From positions 62,001-126,000 of the forward strand of contig OZ251242.1 of assembly GCA_965240325.2 (NCBI GenBank): a stretch of 64,000 nucleotides of DNA, written 5' to 3'. Source of the stretch: Rebecca billardiae RCC1528 (taxonomy: Eukaryota > Protista > Haptophyta). The notes beneath the pieces are model-generated. The model ran no database searches, was not told where the DNA came from, and saw only the letters and a list, made by a program, of their open reading frames with translations. Position numbers and translations under genes: made by a program. Below, in pieces: positions 11,291-22,455 of the stretch (position 1 is its first letter; the number at the start of each line of letters is the position of its first letter).

Positions 11291-11499
11291 CGACAGGCCG
11301 CCTAGCCCTGCCGCGCGGCGCCCGCCACACAGCAGCCGCTGCGCGAGGTGCGTCGCCATCGCCGGGTCTGAAAGACGAAGCAGTCCGAAAAACGAAGCAG
11401 CGACCTGTAGTCGTTTTCGTCGGACGAGCGACTGCGTGCTGGCGATTTCGGAAATGGCTGGCTGCATGCGCGTCCGTGGGTCTTCACCGTCACGGCAGC

Positions 11500-12636
11500 A
11501 TGGCGCCGCAAACGGCGCGGGTCGGCATCGCGACGGTGGTGGCGCGGCGCGCGTACGTGCCGCTGCTGGCGGCGTGGCTCCACTCGATCGGCTCGGCGCA
11601 GCTGCGCTCGCGCGTGCGCGCCGACGTGCTGCTCCTCCACTGCCGCACGCACACGCGCGCGCTCGGCGCGATCGCGCAGTGCGCGCGCGACGCGTTTCCC
11701 GCCACGCGCGTCTCGCTGCTCGAGTCGTGCGTGGCGCACCCGTCGGAGAACCACACGCACTTCCACCGCGCGCGCGCGCTGCACACCGCGCACGAGCGCT
11801 TCCTCGACACCTTCCACTGGCTCTCCCTCTTCGGCGCGACGCATTACGAGTTGATTCTCTTCCTGGACGTGGACACGGTGGTGCTGCGGCCGCTGGACGG
11901 GCTGTTCGAGGAGTTCGGGGCGGCGGGGCCGGGCGAGGCGGCGCGCGGAGCCGCGCCGCGCGCCGGCGCGCCGCCGCCGATCCCGCTGGCGTGCGTGCAG
12001 GTCGAGCGCAACGAGGCGTGCAACTCGGGCGCCGTGCTGCTGCGGCCGAGCGCGGCCGTGCACGCGCACGTCCGCGCGGCGCTCGCCAAGCTGGCGGCCG
12101 CGCGCGCGTTCGTGCTGAGCGACCAGAGCTTCTTCAACCTGATGTTCCGCGGCTGCCGCACGCTGCTCGACCGCGCGTACAACTACGCGTGGGTCCCCGC
12201 CGGCGCGCCCATCCCCGCCAGCACGGCGGTGCTTCACTTCCAGGGGATGCACGGCTGGAACAAGCCGGTCGACTTCTCACGAGGGGGCCTCCTGCGGTAC
12301 AACCGGAGCGCGCCGGACTGGCCCGTGTTCCGGATCTTCGAGGCGCAGCTCGCGCCGCTCGCGGCGTGCTACGAGCGCGCCGCCGCGCGCGCCGCGCCCG
12401 CCGCGCCGCTGCCGCCGCTCTACCCGGACGCCGCCGCCGCGGCCGCGGCCCCGGCCGTGCGCGCGCACCGCGTGGAGCACGCGCTCGGCAACTTTGACGC
12501 GGGCGCGAAGCGCGCGCTCAAGGCGGAGGCGCTGCTGCCGGTGGACGGGGCGGGCGCGCCGCTCGCGGGCGGGCGCAAGGGCGCGAGCGCGCCGGGCGCT
12601 GGCCGCCACTACTGCGCGCTGCCGCGGCCGCCGTGA
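11500..12636 (+). CDS. Glycosyltransferase family 8 (glycogenin-like)
   Basis: ATG at 11500. Motifs ILFLDVDTVVLRPLDGLF (DxD), NSGAVLLRPS, SDQSFFN, YNY and VLHFQG...KP. Confidence 0.85.
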   Translation: MAPQTARVGIATVVARRAYVPLLAAWLHSIGSAQLRSRVRADVLLLHCRTHTRALGAIAQCARDAFPATRVSLLESCVAHPSENHTHFHRARALHTAHERFLDTFHWLSLFGATHYELILFLDVDTVVLRPLDGLFEEFGAAGPGEAARGAAPRAGAPPPIPLACVQVERNEACNSGAVLLRPSAAVHAHVRAALAKLAAARAFVLSDQSFFNLMFRGCRTLLDRAYNYAWVPAGAPIPASTAVLHFQGMHGWNKPVDFSRGGLLRYNRSAPDWPVFRIFEAQLAPLAACYERAAARAAPAAPLPPLYPDAAAAAAAPAVRAHRVEHALGNFDAGAKRALKAEALLPVDGAGAPLAGGRKGASAPGAGRHYCALPRPP

Positions 12637-12880
12637 CGGCAGGTAGCAGTCTCCACGGCGGCTGATGCCCGCCACTGTGTGGACGGATGATATGGATCGT
12701 GCGGTTACTACTTGACTCTGCTGTTGACGAACCGGATTGGTCGTCGAGCTCGCTTGACGATATCGAGCGCTGTCCATGGGCGGAATCCGTCGGAACAGCT
12801 TCGGCGGAACGCACTTTCAGGCTCGGCGCGACGTCAGGCGCATCAGCAGTGGCAGCAGCAGGCCGCCCGGGCCGGCCGCG

Positions 12881-14380
12881 ATGACGACGGGCACCGCCGA
12901 GACGCGGTGCGGTGCGCGGCTGGCCGAGCTGCCCGCGGACGTGCTCGCGCGGATCCTCGAGCTCGTCGAGGACGCGCTCGACATCGCGCGCCTCGGCCGC
13001 GCGTGCCGCGCCTTCCGCGCTCCGCACGGCGCGCGCGGGCGCTCGCTGGTCGAGGCCGAGCTGCGCGCGCGCGCGCACCGCCGCGGGTGGCGGATCCCGC
13101 GCTGGCTCGCGCACGGCGTGGGCTCGTGGACGGACGCGCTGCTGCTGCACGAGCTCCGCCGCCGCGCCGGCGCCAGCTGCGCCGCCTCCGCCGGCGCGCT
13201 CGTCTCGGCCTTTGTCGACCGCGACGGTCGTCTGCTCGCGTGCGGCGGGCTGGCGCGCGGCGCCGAGCGGCACGCGCACGCGATGCGGCTGAACGCGGCG
13301 GCGGCGCTCGGGCTGGGCGTGGTGCCCGCGCCGGGCGAGGACGTCCTCGCCCCGTGGCCGCAGCCCACCGTCCCGCCCGCCGCCGTGCGCGTCGTCTCCG
13401 TCTCCGCCGGTCCGATGCACCTGCTGGCGCTCGCGGCCGACGGCGGCGTGTACAGCTGCGGCGAGGGGCGCGCGGGCGCGCTCGGGCACGGGGACGGCGA
13501 GCGGCGGTACGCGCCGACGCGGATCGGCGGCCTCGGCGGCGCGCGTGCCGTCAGCGTCTCCGCCGGCCTGCAGCACTCCCTCATCCTCAGCGCGGCCGGC
13601 GCCGTCTTCTCGTGCGGCGCTGGCGCACACGGAGAGCTTGGCCACGGCGACAGGCTGGGCGGCGGCGCGCCGCGGCGCGTGGAGGCGCTGCGCGGGGTGC
13701 GCGTGCGCGCGGTGGCGGCGGGGGACGAGCACAGCCTCTTCCTCGACGAGCACGGCGCCGTCCACGCCTGCGGCTCCGGCCGGGGCGGCCGGCTCGGGCT
13801 CGGCGACCATGGCGGACGCACCGCGCCGTGCCGGCTGCGCGCACCCTCGCTCTGCGGCGTAACCGTCGTCGGCATCTCGGCGGGCGGCGCGCACAACCTG
13901 CTCGTCGGCGCGGGCGGCGAGCTGTTCGCCTTCGGCTTCGGCGCGTCGGGCGAGCTCGGCCTCGGCGCCGACGCCCCGCAGATGCAGCCGACGCCCGCGC
14001 GCGTGCCTCTCCCGGAGGGCGCGCGCGCGGCGCTCGCTTGCGCCGGCAACTGGCACAGCCTGGTGGTGGCGGAGGGCGGCGCGGTGTACGCGTTCGGCTG
14101 CGGGGGGCGCGGCCAGCTGGGGCTGGGCGACCTGCACCCGCGGCTCGAGCCGCGCCGGCTCGAGCTCGGCACGCACACACCCGTCGTGTGCGCCTCCGCC
14201 AGCCGGTGCTGGGAGCCTTGGTCATGTGTGTCGCTGCTCACGGACGCGCGCGGCCGCGCGTACGCGTGCGGCGCGGGCAAGGGCTGGCGGCTGGGCGGCG
14301 GCGACGAGGCGGAGCGGCTCACGGCGGAGCGCGTGCGCGAGGACTCGGACGGCGCGCCGCTGCGGCTGCTCGTGCACTGA
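12881..14380 (+). CDS. RCC1-repeat protein with an N-terminal F-box-like motif
   Basis: LAELPADVLARILELV...LGRACRAFR (F-box-like), followed by about six RCC1 repeats (VSAG..HSL.L...G.V.SCG.G..G.LG.GD). Confidence 0.8.
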   Translation: MTTGTAETRCGARLAELPADVLARILELVEDALDIARLGRACRAFRAPHGARGRSLVEAELRARAHRRGWRIPRWLAHGVGSWTDALLLHELRRRAGASCAASAGALVSAFVDRDGRLLACGGLARGAERHAHAMRLNAAAALGLGVVPAPGEDVLAPWPQPTVPPAAVRVVSVSAGPMHLLALAADGGVYSCGEGRAGALGHGDGERRYAPTRIGGLGGARAVSVSAGLQHSLILSAAGAVFSCGAGAHGELGHGDRLGGGAPRRVEALRGVRVRAVAAGDEHSLFLDEHGAVHACGSGRGGRLGLGDHGGRTAPCRLRAPSLCGVTVVGISAGGAHNLLVGAGGELFAFGFGASGELGLGADAPQMQPTPARVPLPEGARAALACAGNWHSLVVAEGGAVYAFGCGGRGQLGLGDLHPRLEPRRLELGTHTPVVCASASRCWEPWSCVSLLTDARGRAYACGAGKGWRLGGGDEAERLTAERVREDSDGAPLRLLVH

Positions 14381-14594
14381 GCCGCCGCACTCAGCCGCCG
14401 CACTCAGCCGCCGCGCCGGCCGCAGCCGGCCGCCGTGAGGCGAGGCGGCGGTGGCGGCGCCGCCGATTGGCCGCGACGACGCGCCGTGGCGTTGGCATGA
14501 CCGTTGGCCGTGCTGGCGCGGCTCTGGTGGCAGCGCACAGCGCTGACAGCGACGCTCCCGCGGTCGGCGTCACCGGGCTCGCCGCGACTCGCCA

Positions 14595-14648
14595 TCTCGT
14601 CGCAATCTCGTCGCAATCTCGTCGCAATCTCGCGTCGCAATCTCGTCG
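14595..14648. repeat. Short tandem repeat of ATCTCGTCGCA (11-mer, ~5 copies)
   Basis: Directly visible: atctcgtcgca atctcgtcgca atctcgtcgca atctcgcgtcgca atctcgtcgc. Confidence 0.85.
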
Positions 14649-15093
14649 CGTCTGTACTTTGTACTACTCGCGCGTGTGGCGGTGTGCCGCCTGCAGCCTG
14701 CTGATGGGGCGAGCGCGCCGTGCTATTGCGGATGTGCTGCCGCGTGGGCCGGGCAATGCCGCCATCTCATAAGTCATAGTGCCCCAGAGCCGTCACTGTC
14801 GAAGCACTCATTGGCATAATGGCATATAATCTGTTGCCATGGACGTCATGCTCACACTCGGCCTCCCGCAGCCCATCCCCGCATCCGGGCCGGCCGTTTG
14901 CGAGCCCGCGTCCGGCGCTTGTGATCTGGCCGGAAGCCTTGCGCCCTTCTCGAGGTTTCGGCGGCCCCAGATTCCCCCGACGCAGCAGCCGCAGCGCAGC
15001 AGGCCGTGGCGTCCTCGCGCCGCGCGTGAGCCGAGCAGCAGCACGCTCGCACGCACGCTCGTGCGCTGGGCGCGCGAGCAGCTGCGCGTCGTC

Positions 15094-16500
15094 ATGCGCC
15101 TGCTCGTGCTCGCCATCACCGCGCTCGGCGGCGGCCGCCTGCGCGCGCCCGCCGCCGCGCCCGCCGCCGCCGCGCGCCGCGCGCCGCCGCCGCGCCACCA
15201 CCCCGCCGTCGTGCCGCCGGGCGTGACGGACGAGCAGGGCGTGTACTGCGCGGAAGGCGCGGCGCTCGCGCAGCGCGTGCTCGCGGAGTGCCCGCAGCTC
15301 CACCCCGCGAGCTACTACGCGCCGCCCCCGCTCTGGGGCTCCAACGGCCACGCGCAGACCATCCTTGCATCCGTGCTGCGCGCCACGCGCCGCGTCGAGT
15401 ACGCGCGCGAGCTGCTGCGCACGCCGGACGGGGGCACGCTCGCGCTGGACCTGCTCGTGCGCGTGGAGGAGGACGTCGCGTCGAAGGGCGAGGGCGCCAC
15501 CATCCGCCCGCTCACGCCCGCCGACGCGGCCGAGCGCGGCGCTGGGAGCGCGCGCGGCGCCCCGCCGTTTCTGCTGCTCACCTCGGGGCTGGGCGGCGGC
15601 TCCCAGGACGCGTACGTGCGCAGCATGGCGGCGGCGGCGGCGCGCGAGGGGTGGCGCGTGGGCGTGCTCAACATGCGCTCGTGCGGCGGCTCGCCCGTCA
15701 CCTCTCCGCGCCTCTTCTCCGCCCACCGCGGCTCGACGGACGACCTGCGACTCGCGGTCGCGCACGCGCGCGCGTGCGCACACCTCGCGGCGCACTCGCC
15801 GGTGCTGGCGGCGATGGGCTGGTCGAACGGCGCGACGATCGTGAACAACGCGCTGGCGGAGCAGGAGGAGGAGGGCGCGCGATCGGGGGGCCTCCCGCGC
15901 GGCGCATCGCGCATCGACGCCGCCGTCTCCCTCGCAGGCCCGCTTGACATGCCGGGCTGCGAGGCCAACCTGCGCCGCCCCTTCCACGCCGCCGTGTACG
16001 ACCGCTCGATCGCGGCCGGGCTGGTGCGCAACTTCCGGCAGTCGGGCGCGGAGGCGGTGTTCGAGCGGGCGCAGGCGGGCGGCGGGTGCGTGGCGGCGTG
16101 GGACGGCGCGCCCCTCCGCGTCGACGTCGACGCGCTCATGCGCAGCACCACCATCCGTCAGATTGACGAAGCGCTCACGCGCCGAACCTTTGGCTTCGAC
16201 TCGGTCGACGCCTACTACGCGGACGCGTCGAGCGCGCAGCGGCTGGGCGACGTGCGCGTGCCGCTGCTGCTGCTCAACGCGCACGACGACCCGCTCGCGC
16301 CGGGGCGCACGCTGCCGTACGCCGCGGTCCGCGCCTCCGAGCACGTGCTGCTCGCCCTCACCGCCCACGGCGGCCACCTCGGCTGGTGCGACGCCGCGCG
16401 GCCGTTCGGCCCCCCCCGCTGGGCGGAGGACGCGGCCTGCGCCTTCCTGGCGAGTGCGCTCGGCCTCGGGGACGAGGTGCGCAGCCCGCGCTGGCTCTGA
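15094..16500 (+). CDS. Alpha/beta hydrolase of the ABHD1/3 / YheT family (lipase/esterase/acyltransferase-like)
   Basis: NGHAQTI, RELLRTPDGGTLALD, GLGGGSQDAYVR, nucleophile GWSNG, DDPL (Asp) and GGHLGW (His). The start at 15094 was chosen because it gives a signal-like N-terminus. Confidence 0.85.
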   Translation: MRLLVLAITALGGGRLRAPAAAPAAAARRAPPPRHHPAVVPPGVTDEQGVYCAEGAALAQRVLAECPQLHPASYYAPPPLWGSNGHAQTILASVLRATRRVEYARELLRTPDGGTLALDLLVRVEEDVASKGEGATIRPLTPADAAERGAGSARGAPPFLLLTSGLGGGSQDAYVRSMAAAAAREGWRVGVLNMRSCGGSPVTSPRLFSAHRGSTDDLRLAVAHARACAHLAAHSPVLAAMGWSNGATIVNNALAEQEEEGARSGGLPRGASRIDAAVSLAGPLDMPGCEANLRRPFHAAVYDRSIAAGLVRNFRQSGAEAVFERAQAGGGCVAAWDGAPLRVDVDALMRSTTIRQIDEALTRRTFGFDSVDAYYADASSAQRLGDVRVPLLLLNAHDDPLAPGRTLPYAAVRASEHVLLALTAHGGHLGWCDAARPFGPPRWAEDAACAFLASALGLGDEVRSPRWL

Positions 16501-17719
16501 GCGCGGCGGCGGGCGGGCTGCGGCGGGCGCGGCCGGGCGCGCCGATGCGGGCGCGTGCGCTGCGCCGTCGCGGCCGGGCGCGCGCATGACGATCGACCCC
16601 GACGATCGACGAGCCCAGAGCATTTAGCTACTGCTATACTGCTGCTACTATATACTGCTGCTACTGCTGGTGCGTTAGGACTCGGTGCGGCCGCCCGGCA
16701 GGGGCGGCGCGGGCCCGTCGTCGTATCCGCGGCGAGAATACCGGCACCGGCCTCGTCGTCAACGTCTGAACGTGTAAATCAGTCGGTGGTCCACCGGCGA
16801 GTTATTTAGTAAATTAAATATATGCTGTGGCGTATGCGTTATAACGGAGTTATATAACCGAGTGTGTCGGGAGGCTGGAAAGGCGACGCGCAGCTGGTGG
16901 ACAAGGGCCGCCGCCATCGTCTTCTAGGTCCTGCAGGTAGTTGTAGCCGATTTCCGGAGCTCAGTCAGTCAGTCGGCCGCCTCGGAGCTATCCTTTATCA
17001 TCATCATCATCCATCATGGCGGCCGCTGGTCCTTTCAGATGAAACGGGCGGCGGCTTTCATATATATCGCGCCCAATAACCACACTGGCTCCGCCGCCTC
17101 TATAACTGTACCCGCTCCTCTCCACTATCCGGCGCTCGAGATCATATCCAAGATCATCTTAAGTCGGCATGGCAGCTTATTATTATACCAAAGTTCATCA
17201 AGCAGCCCACCTAGCTGACCTAGCAGAGCTCGCTCGATCATCGGTTACACGACCTTTCCGCTTTCGGGCCAAGCTGCTCATCTCTAGGCCACCCCTGCTT
17301 GCCTGCGCATCGCCATCAGCAAAGCCCGAGGTCTCATCTCCTCTGCGTTCCTTGCTTGTGCTCGTTGCGAAACCCGCCATGGCGCCCCTGCAGCCTCCGT
17401 TGTGGTTGACGACCTTGTCGTCAGGCCTGTGAGTCAGTGCTGCGCTTGCCTGAGCCAGGGACCTTGCTGCCACGCTGGCGCAGTCTGCGCGCAGCTTTGG
17501 CACCGTCGGCTCAGTCGCTCTTCCCGTTCAGCCAGGGTCAAATCCCCACCATGCGCAAGTATATATATATATACATCACCATTTCTGCATGGTGTGTATC
17601 ATCGGCATTTGCTGTATGCTCACATATGTGCTGCAATACCTGCCCTCGCATGCACATCACGCAGACTGTGGGTGATGTTCGTCCATACTCAATGGCGTCG
17701 CGTCGCTTTCTATGCAGGA

Positions 17720-17722
<3 letters not shown>

Positions 17723-17788
<66 letters not shown>

Positions 17789-17855
17789 TGTATGTATGTA
17801 TGTATGTATATATGTATGTATGTATGTATGTATAAATATATATATATATATATAT
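17723..17855. repeat. Compound microsatellite (CA)n-(TGTA)n-(TA)n
   Basis: Directly visible. Confidence 0.97.
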
Positions 17856-19873
17856 CAGCAATATAATCCGACTGCTAGTAATACGACGTCGTCGTAGTAG
17901 ACGTAGTGCCGTGCCCGGGCGGTTTCGGCGGTCGCGCGTCGATCGCCGACGACATCGCGTATAGTAGTCAATGTCATTGACGATGAATTATCAATATATA
18001 ATACTTAAATGCGCGGCATCACGGCATGCCGGCGCGCGCGGCGTTCGGCGTTGCCAGCTGCTTCGTCGGCCGCATATAGGCTCTCGTACACTCGTACAGG
18101 CAATCGCGCGGGCGCAATAAGTTATTGCGATGAATATAAGGGGTTAAGCCACTATAACTGTCAGGCAGCCGCCATCGTGCGGCGACGTGCCCACGGCCGA
18201 CGTGCGCGAATTTGTGCGACGGCGGCAGCGACGAGGTCGCGGTCCCCGGCCGCTCCGACGCGCTCTTGACTTCCGCGTGGGACGTGCGGAGGTCAAGAAC
18301 CCATCCTACTCGTCGCCGGTGCCAACCTCGCCGCTAGCGGCGTCGCACAAATTTGATGATTGGTACCTTGGGCATGGCCCGCGGCCCGCATGCCAGGTCC
18401 GCGCGGCGCTCTGTGGGCAAGCGAGCCAAGGGGCGCAGCGAGTCCGGTGCGGCTGTCGTACGGGTCGAGCGCGAGCGCCGAGTCGCAGCCGCGCGCGCGC
18501 CGCGCCGCTGGCGCCGGGTCGCCCGGGGGAGAAGGCGCAGCTGCAGTGCTCCTCTGCCATCACGCGATCCGCCGGCAGAAAGACCAGACTTTGCGCCCAG
18601 TTTTGACCAAAACGATGGGTTTTTAACTCCGCGCGATCTGGGTAACCTGACACTTATAGTGGCTCGGCCCTTTAGTGAATAAGAAGTCGTAGTCATCAGA
18701 GATCTCATAGCACGGTCTAGTCTGGCGGGTTTCTTCGCCGCTCGGTAGCCCCTAAGCCCGAGCGCAGCCTACGGAGTCTCAGTTTCTTAGCTAGGTCCGC
18801 CCGCCGCGCAGGCGCGGGGGGCGCACGAGGGGGCAGAGCCGCCCCCGCTGAGTCTTTAGGCCCGGCCGGCGAGGCAGCGAAGAAAATTTTGGGCCATTAC
18901 TTATTTGGATAGCAAATCTGGCATCATGAGGTTGCATCCTGGATGCTACGGTGCACCAGCCAATAAGAGTCAGTCATCAGGAGAAGTCGGGACTTGGCCT
19001 GTACATGAGCTAGTACATCATACTCGTAGTCGGGCCGCGCGCCGCGGGCCCGCACGGGCCGGCACTCTGCACTCACGGGCCACTGCGTCAGCCTCGTCGG
19101 CGGACCACGTCAGCGGTCGTCCGGCCGGTAGCAATGACGACGTAGTCCCGCGCAGTTTGATTTCTTCGTGTGACGACTATGCGTATATATATATATATAG
19201 CGAACCAGCCAATAATAATAATATCGCTAGTCTCAGTTTCTAGGCCAGATCCGCAGATAGCATCAAGCCCCATAATATATATATCGTCATCATTGTCAGC
19301 ATTGTTTCATCCGCCGTAGTTGGCGATCACGTGCTGCTGATGACAGCTCGTACGTTATTTAGATTCGCGGCGGCCCCGGGCCCGGCGCCGGCGGGCGGCG
19401 CCGGGCGCCCGGGCGCCGCGTATAACTCGATGGCGCGCGTCAATTGGGCGCTACTACTGATCGACTGCTGCTGCTGTAGTACTGACGCGTCACTCATCAT
19501 CAGCAGCAGCATGCGACGTCGTTCCGAGCAGCATACGACTGGCATTGATGTCTTCAGCCTGATTATTGGTAGTGCCGCGCCCACCCCGACTCACCCGGCG
19601 CTCACACTGACTGTCGCGCTCAGCGCCGCCACCGACTCACTCACTCACGGACGGAGTGACGGAGCCAGCAGCCCCACGGCGCCATGGGCATGGCACTCGC
19701 ATCGAGGCCGCTGCCGACCCGGCCGCGTGCGCCGTGCGCCGCGCGGCTGGGCGGCGCACGCGCGAGCCGGGCGCCGCCGCGCCGGCTCGGCGCGCGGCGC
19801 CGCGGCCGAGCGCGCCCGTTGCAGCGCGCGCGCACGGCCGACGGCTGCGGCCGCGCGCTGGGCGGTGTGGCCC

Positions 19874-22240
19874 TCAGCGGTGGTACCCGCCGCCGCCCGC
19901 GCGGCCGTACCCGCCGCCGCCTTCGACCGGCGGCGGCGGGCCCCAGTCGCCGCCGCGGCGCGGCGGCGAGTAGGCGCCCTCGTCCTCGCGCGAGCGCCCG
20001 CGCGCGGGCGGCGGCGCGTACCGGGCTCCGTCGTGGTGGTAGTGCTCGGCCGGCGGCGGCGGGCCGTGCGGCGGTGCGCCGTATCCGTCCGCGGGCGTCG
20101 GCGCGTACGGCGGCGCGCCGCCTCTGTCGTACCCGCCGCCGCGCGGCGGCGGCGCGTACTCCGCCGACGCGCGCCGCTCGTCGCGCGGCGCGTGCGGGTG
20201 CGGGCCGTACCGGTCGTACTCTGCGCCGCCGTGCGGCGGCGGCGGGTGCTGCGCGTAGGGCGGCTCGGCGCGGCTGTCGTGGTACGGCGCGTGCGGAGGC
20301 GGGTACGCGCCGCCCGGCGCGCGCCGCTCGGCGTAGCCGTGCGGCGGCGGCGCGCGCTCGGGCGGCGGCGCGTACCCGCCGGCGCCGCGCTCGGCGTACC
20401 CGCCGGGCGGCGGCAGGCGGCGCTCGTCGTAGCCGGCCGGCTCGCGCGCCGGGTGGGCGTAACCGCCGGCGTAACCGTCGCGCTCGGGCGGCGGCGCGCC
20501 GCCGCGCGCGTAGCCGCCGTGCGCGCCGCGGTCGTCGTGGGCGTAGTAGGCGCGCTCGCGCTCGCGCGGCGACGGCGCGGGCCGCTCGTACCGGCCGTCG
20601 TACCGGGAGTCGTACCGGTCGGAGCGGTGCGGCTCGTAGCGCGCGGGCGGGCGCTCGGCGCGCTCGTAACGCTCGTAACGGTCGTACCGGTCGTACCGCT
20701 CGGAGCGGTGCTCGGGCGGCGGCTCGTAACGGTCGTGCCGCTCGTAACGGTCGTAACGGTCGTGACGGTCGTCGCGCTCGGCGGGGCGGCCGTACCGCTC
20801 GCGCTCCGACGGCGCGGCGCCGCGCTCCGCGTCGGCGCCGCCCGGCCCGCCGCGCGCGCGCGCGGTGCGGTGATTATAGTCGAGGCGCAGCGCCACCCCG
20901 TGCAGTGTCTCCGTGGAGGCGTACGCCTCGGCCGCGTCGTCCGCGCGCTCAAAGTCGACAAAGGCGGAGCGGTACGAGCCCTTCTGCGGCAGCATCTTCA
21001 CCGCTTGCACTGCGCAGCGGCGGCAGCGGCGGCAGCGGCGGCAGCACACACGCCCGGACGCGTCCGAGCAGACGCGGCGGCGGCCGAGGTGGCGAGAGTG
21101 GCGGCGGTGTGGCGGCGGCAGCGGAGGAGGAGGTGGAGGAGGAGGAGGGCGCGGAGGAGGACGCAGCGGCGGGCGGGGGCAGGCGGGGGCGGCGCGCGCG
21201 CAGCGGGCGCGCAGGGCGGCAGGGCGCGCCGGGTCAGCTCAGCGCACAGCGCACAGCGCGCACCGCCCAGCGGCGGCAGCAGCAGCAGCGCCCCACGGCC
21301 CCACAGCAGACCGCCACGCCGCCAGTGCCTGGGCCCAGCCGTGCACCAGCCAGCACACCAGCCAGCACACCAGCCAGCACACCAGCAAGCACACCAGCCA
21401 GCGGCCCAGACTCGGAGCCCCAGGTGCGCGCAAGGTGCGCGGCGGCCAACCAACCAGCGCGCTGCCCTCGGCTCGGCCGCAGAGCCACAGCGCACAGAGC
21501 CGCTCAGAGCGACAGCGCCACTGCCCCCAGGCCACTGCCCCCAGGCCACTGCCCCCCAGGCCGGCCCAAGCACCAACACCAGCACCAGCGCCCATGGCAC
21601 CCATCGGTGGGCAGCACGCGCGCGCCATCCCGCGCGCAGCCGCCACGCCGCCCCAGCCAGGCGGCGCGCCACTGCCACCACGCGCGCCGCTGCCGCCGCT
21701 GCCTCCCAGCGGTGCCAGCGGTGCGCGCGGTGCCAGCGGTGCGCGCGCGCGCGCCAGCCGCTCGACTCCGGGTGCCCGGCGGCCAGCAGCCATCGCCCCA
21801 GCCATGCGCACGGTCGCCAGCAGCCCCAGCCAGCAGCAGCAGCCCCAGCGGCCCCACCACGCGCCCAGCGCCGCACCGTTTCCGTGCTGCGCGAAGAACT
21901 CGGTGAGCTCGTCCGCGGAGACGGCCTCGGGGATGCGCGCCACGTACAGGTGGCGCGAGCCGCCGCCAGAGGGGGAGGGCGCGGGGTCGCGCGGCTCGTG
22001 GCGCGGGCGCTGGCCCTCGGAGCGTGCCCAGTCCACCTGCAGCCCACGCCCCTGGAACTGCCGGCCCTGCAGCTCCTCCTTGGCCTTCTCCGCGTCGGCC
22101 GCGTCCTCAAAGTCGATGAAGGCAAACCCCTCGCGGAACGTGACGTTGGAGATCTTGCCGAACTTGAGGAACTCGGCCTCGAGGTCGTCCTGCGTCGCGG
22201 TGTACGTGATGTTGCCCACCCACAGCCGGTGCGACGGCAT
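19874..22240 (-). CDS. Two-RRM RNA-binding protein with an R/Y/D/G/P-rich low-complexity tail (SR-like); exons 22240-21877 and 21009-19874
   Basis: RRM1: LWVGNI...GFAFIDF. RRM2: LYVARI...SAFVDF, restored by splicing a GT-AG intron 21876-21010 (HGN-V-QAVK). The tail is rich in YDR/YER repeats. Confidence 0.85.
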
Positions 22241-22455
22241 CGCGACCACGCGCAACAACGAGCGACCCCACCAAGCGAGCGCCCACGCACGAGAGAGAGT
22301 CGGGGCGGCGTGCCGTGCGCACGCGCGAGTCTGAACGCGAGGAGCCGACGACGGGAGCGGGGCGGGCGCGGCGGCGGCAGGCGGGCGGCCCCGGGCTGGT
22401 CCGGGCGCGACCGCGAGGCGCCGGCGCCACCGGACCGGCCGCCGCGCCCACTCCG

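Noticed and set aside
17499-17560. tRNA-like A-box/B-box words (GGCTCAGTCG...GGGTCAAATCC)
   Set aside because: Too short, with no anticodon arm or acceptor-stem pairing, so it cannot be called a tRNA or SINE.
18590-18900. Possible transposon end (GGGGGCAGAGCCGCCCCC hairpin and A/T runs)
   Set aside because: No partner terminus or TSD could be found in the window.
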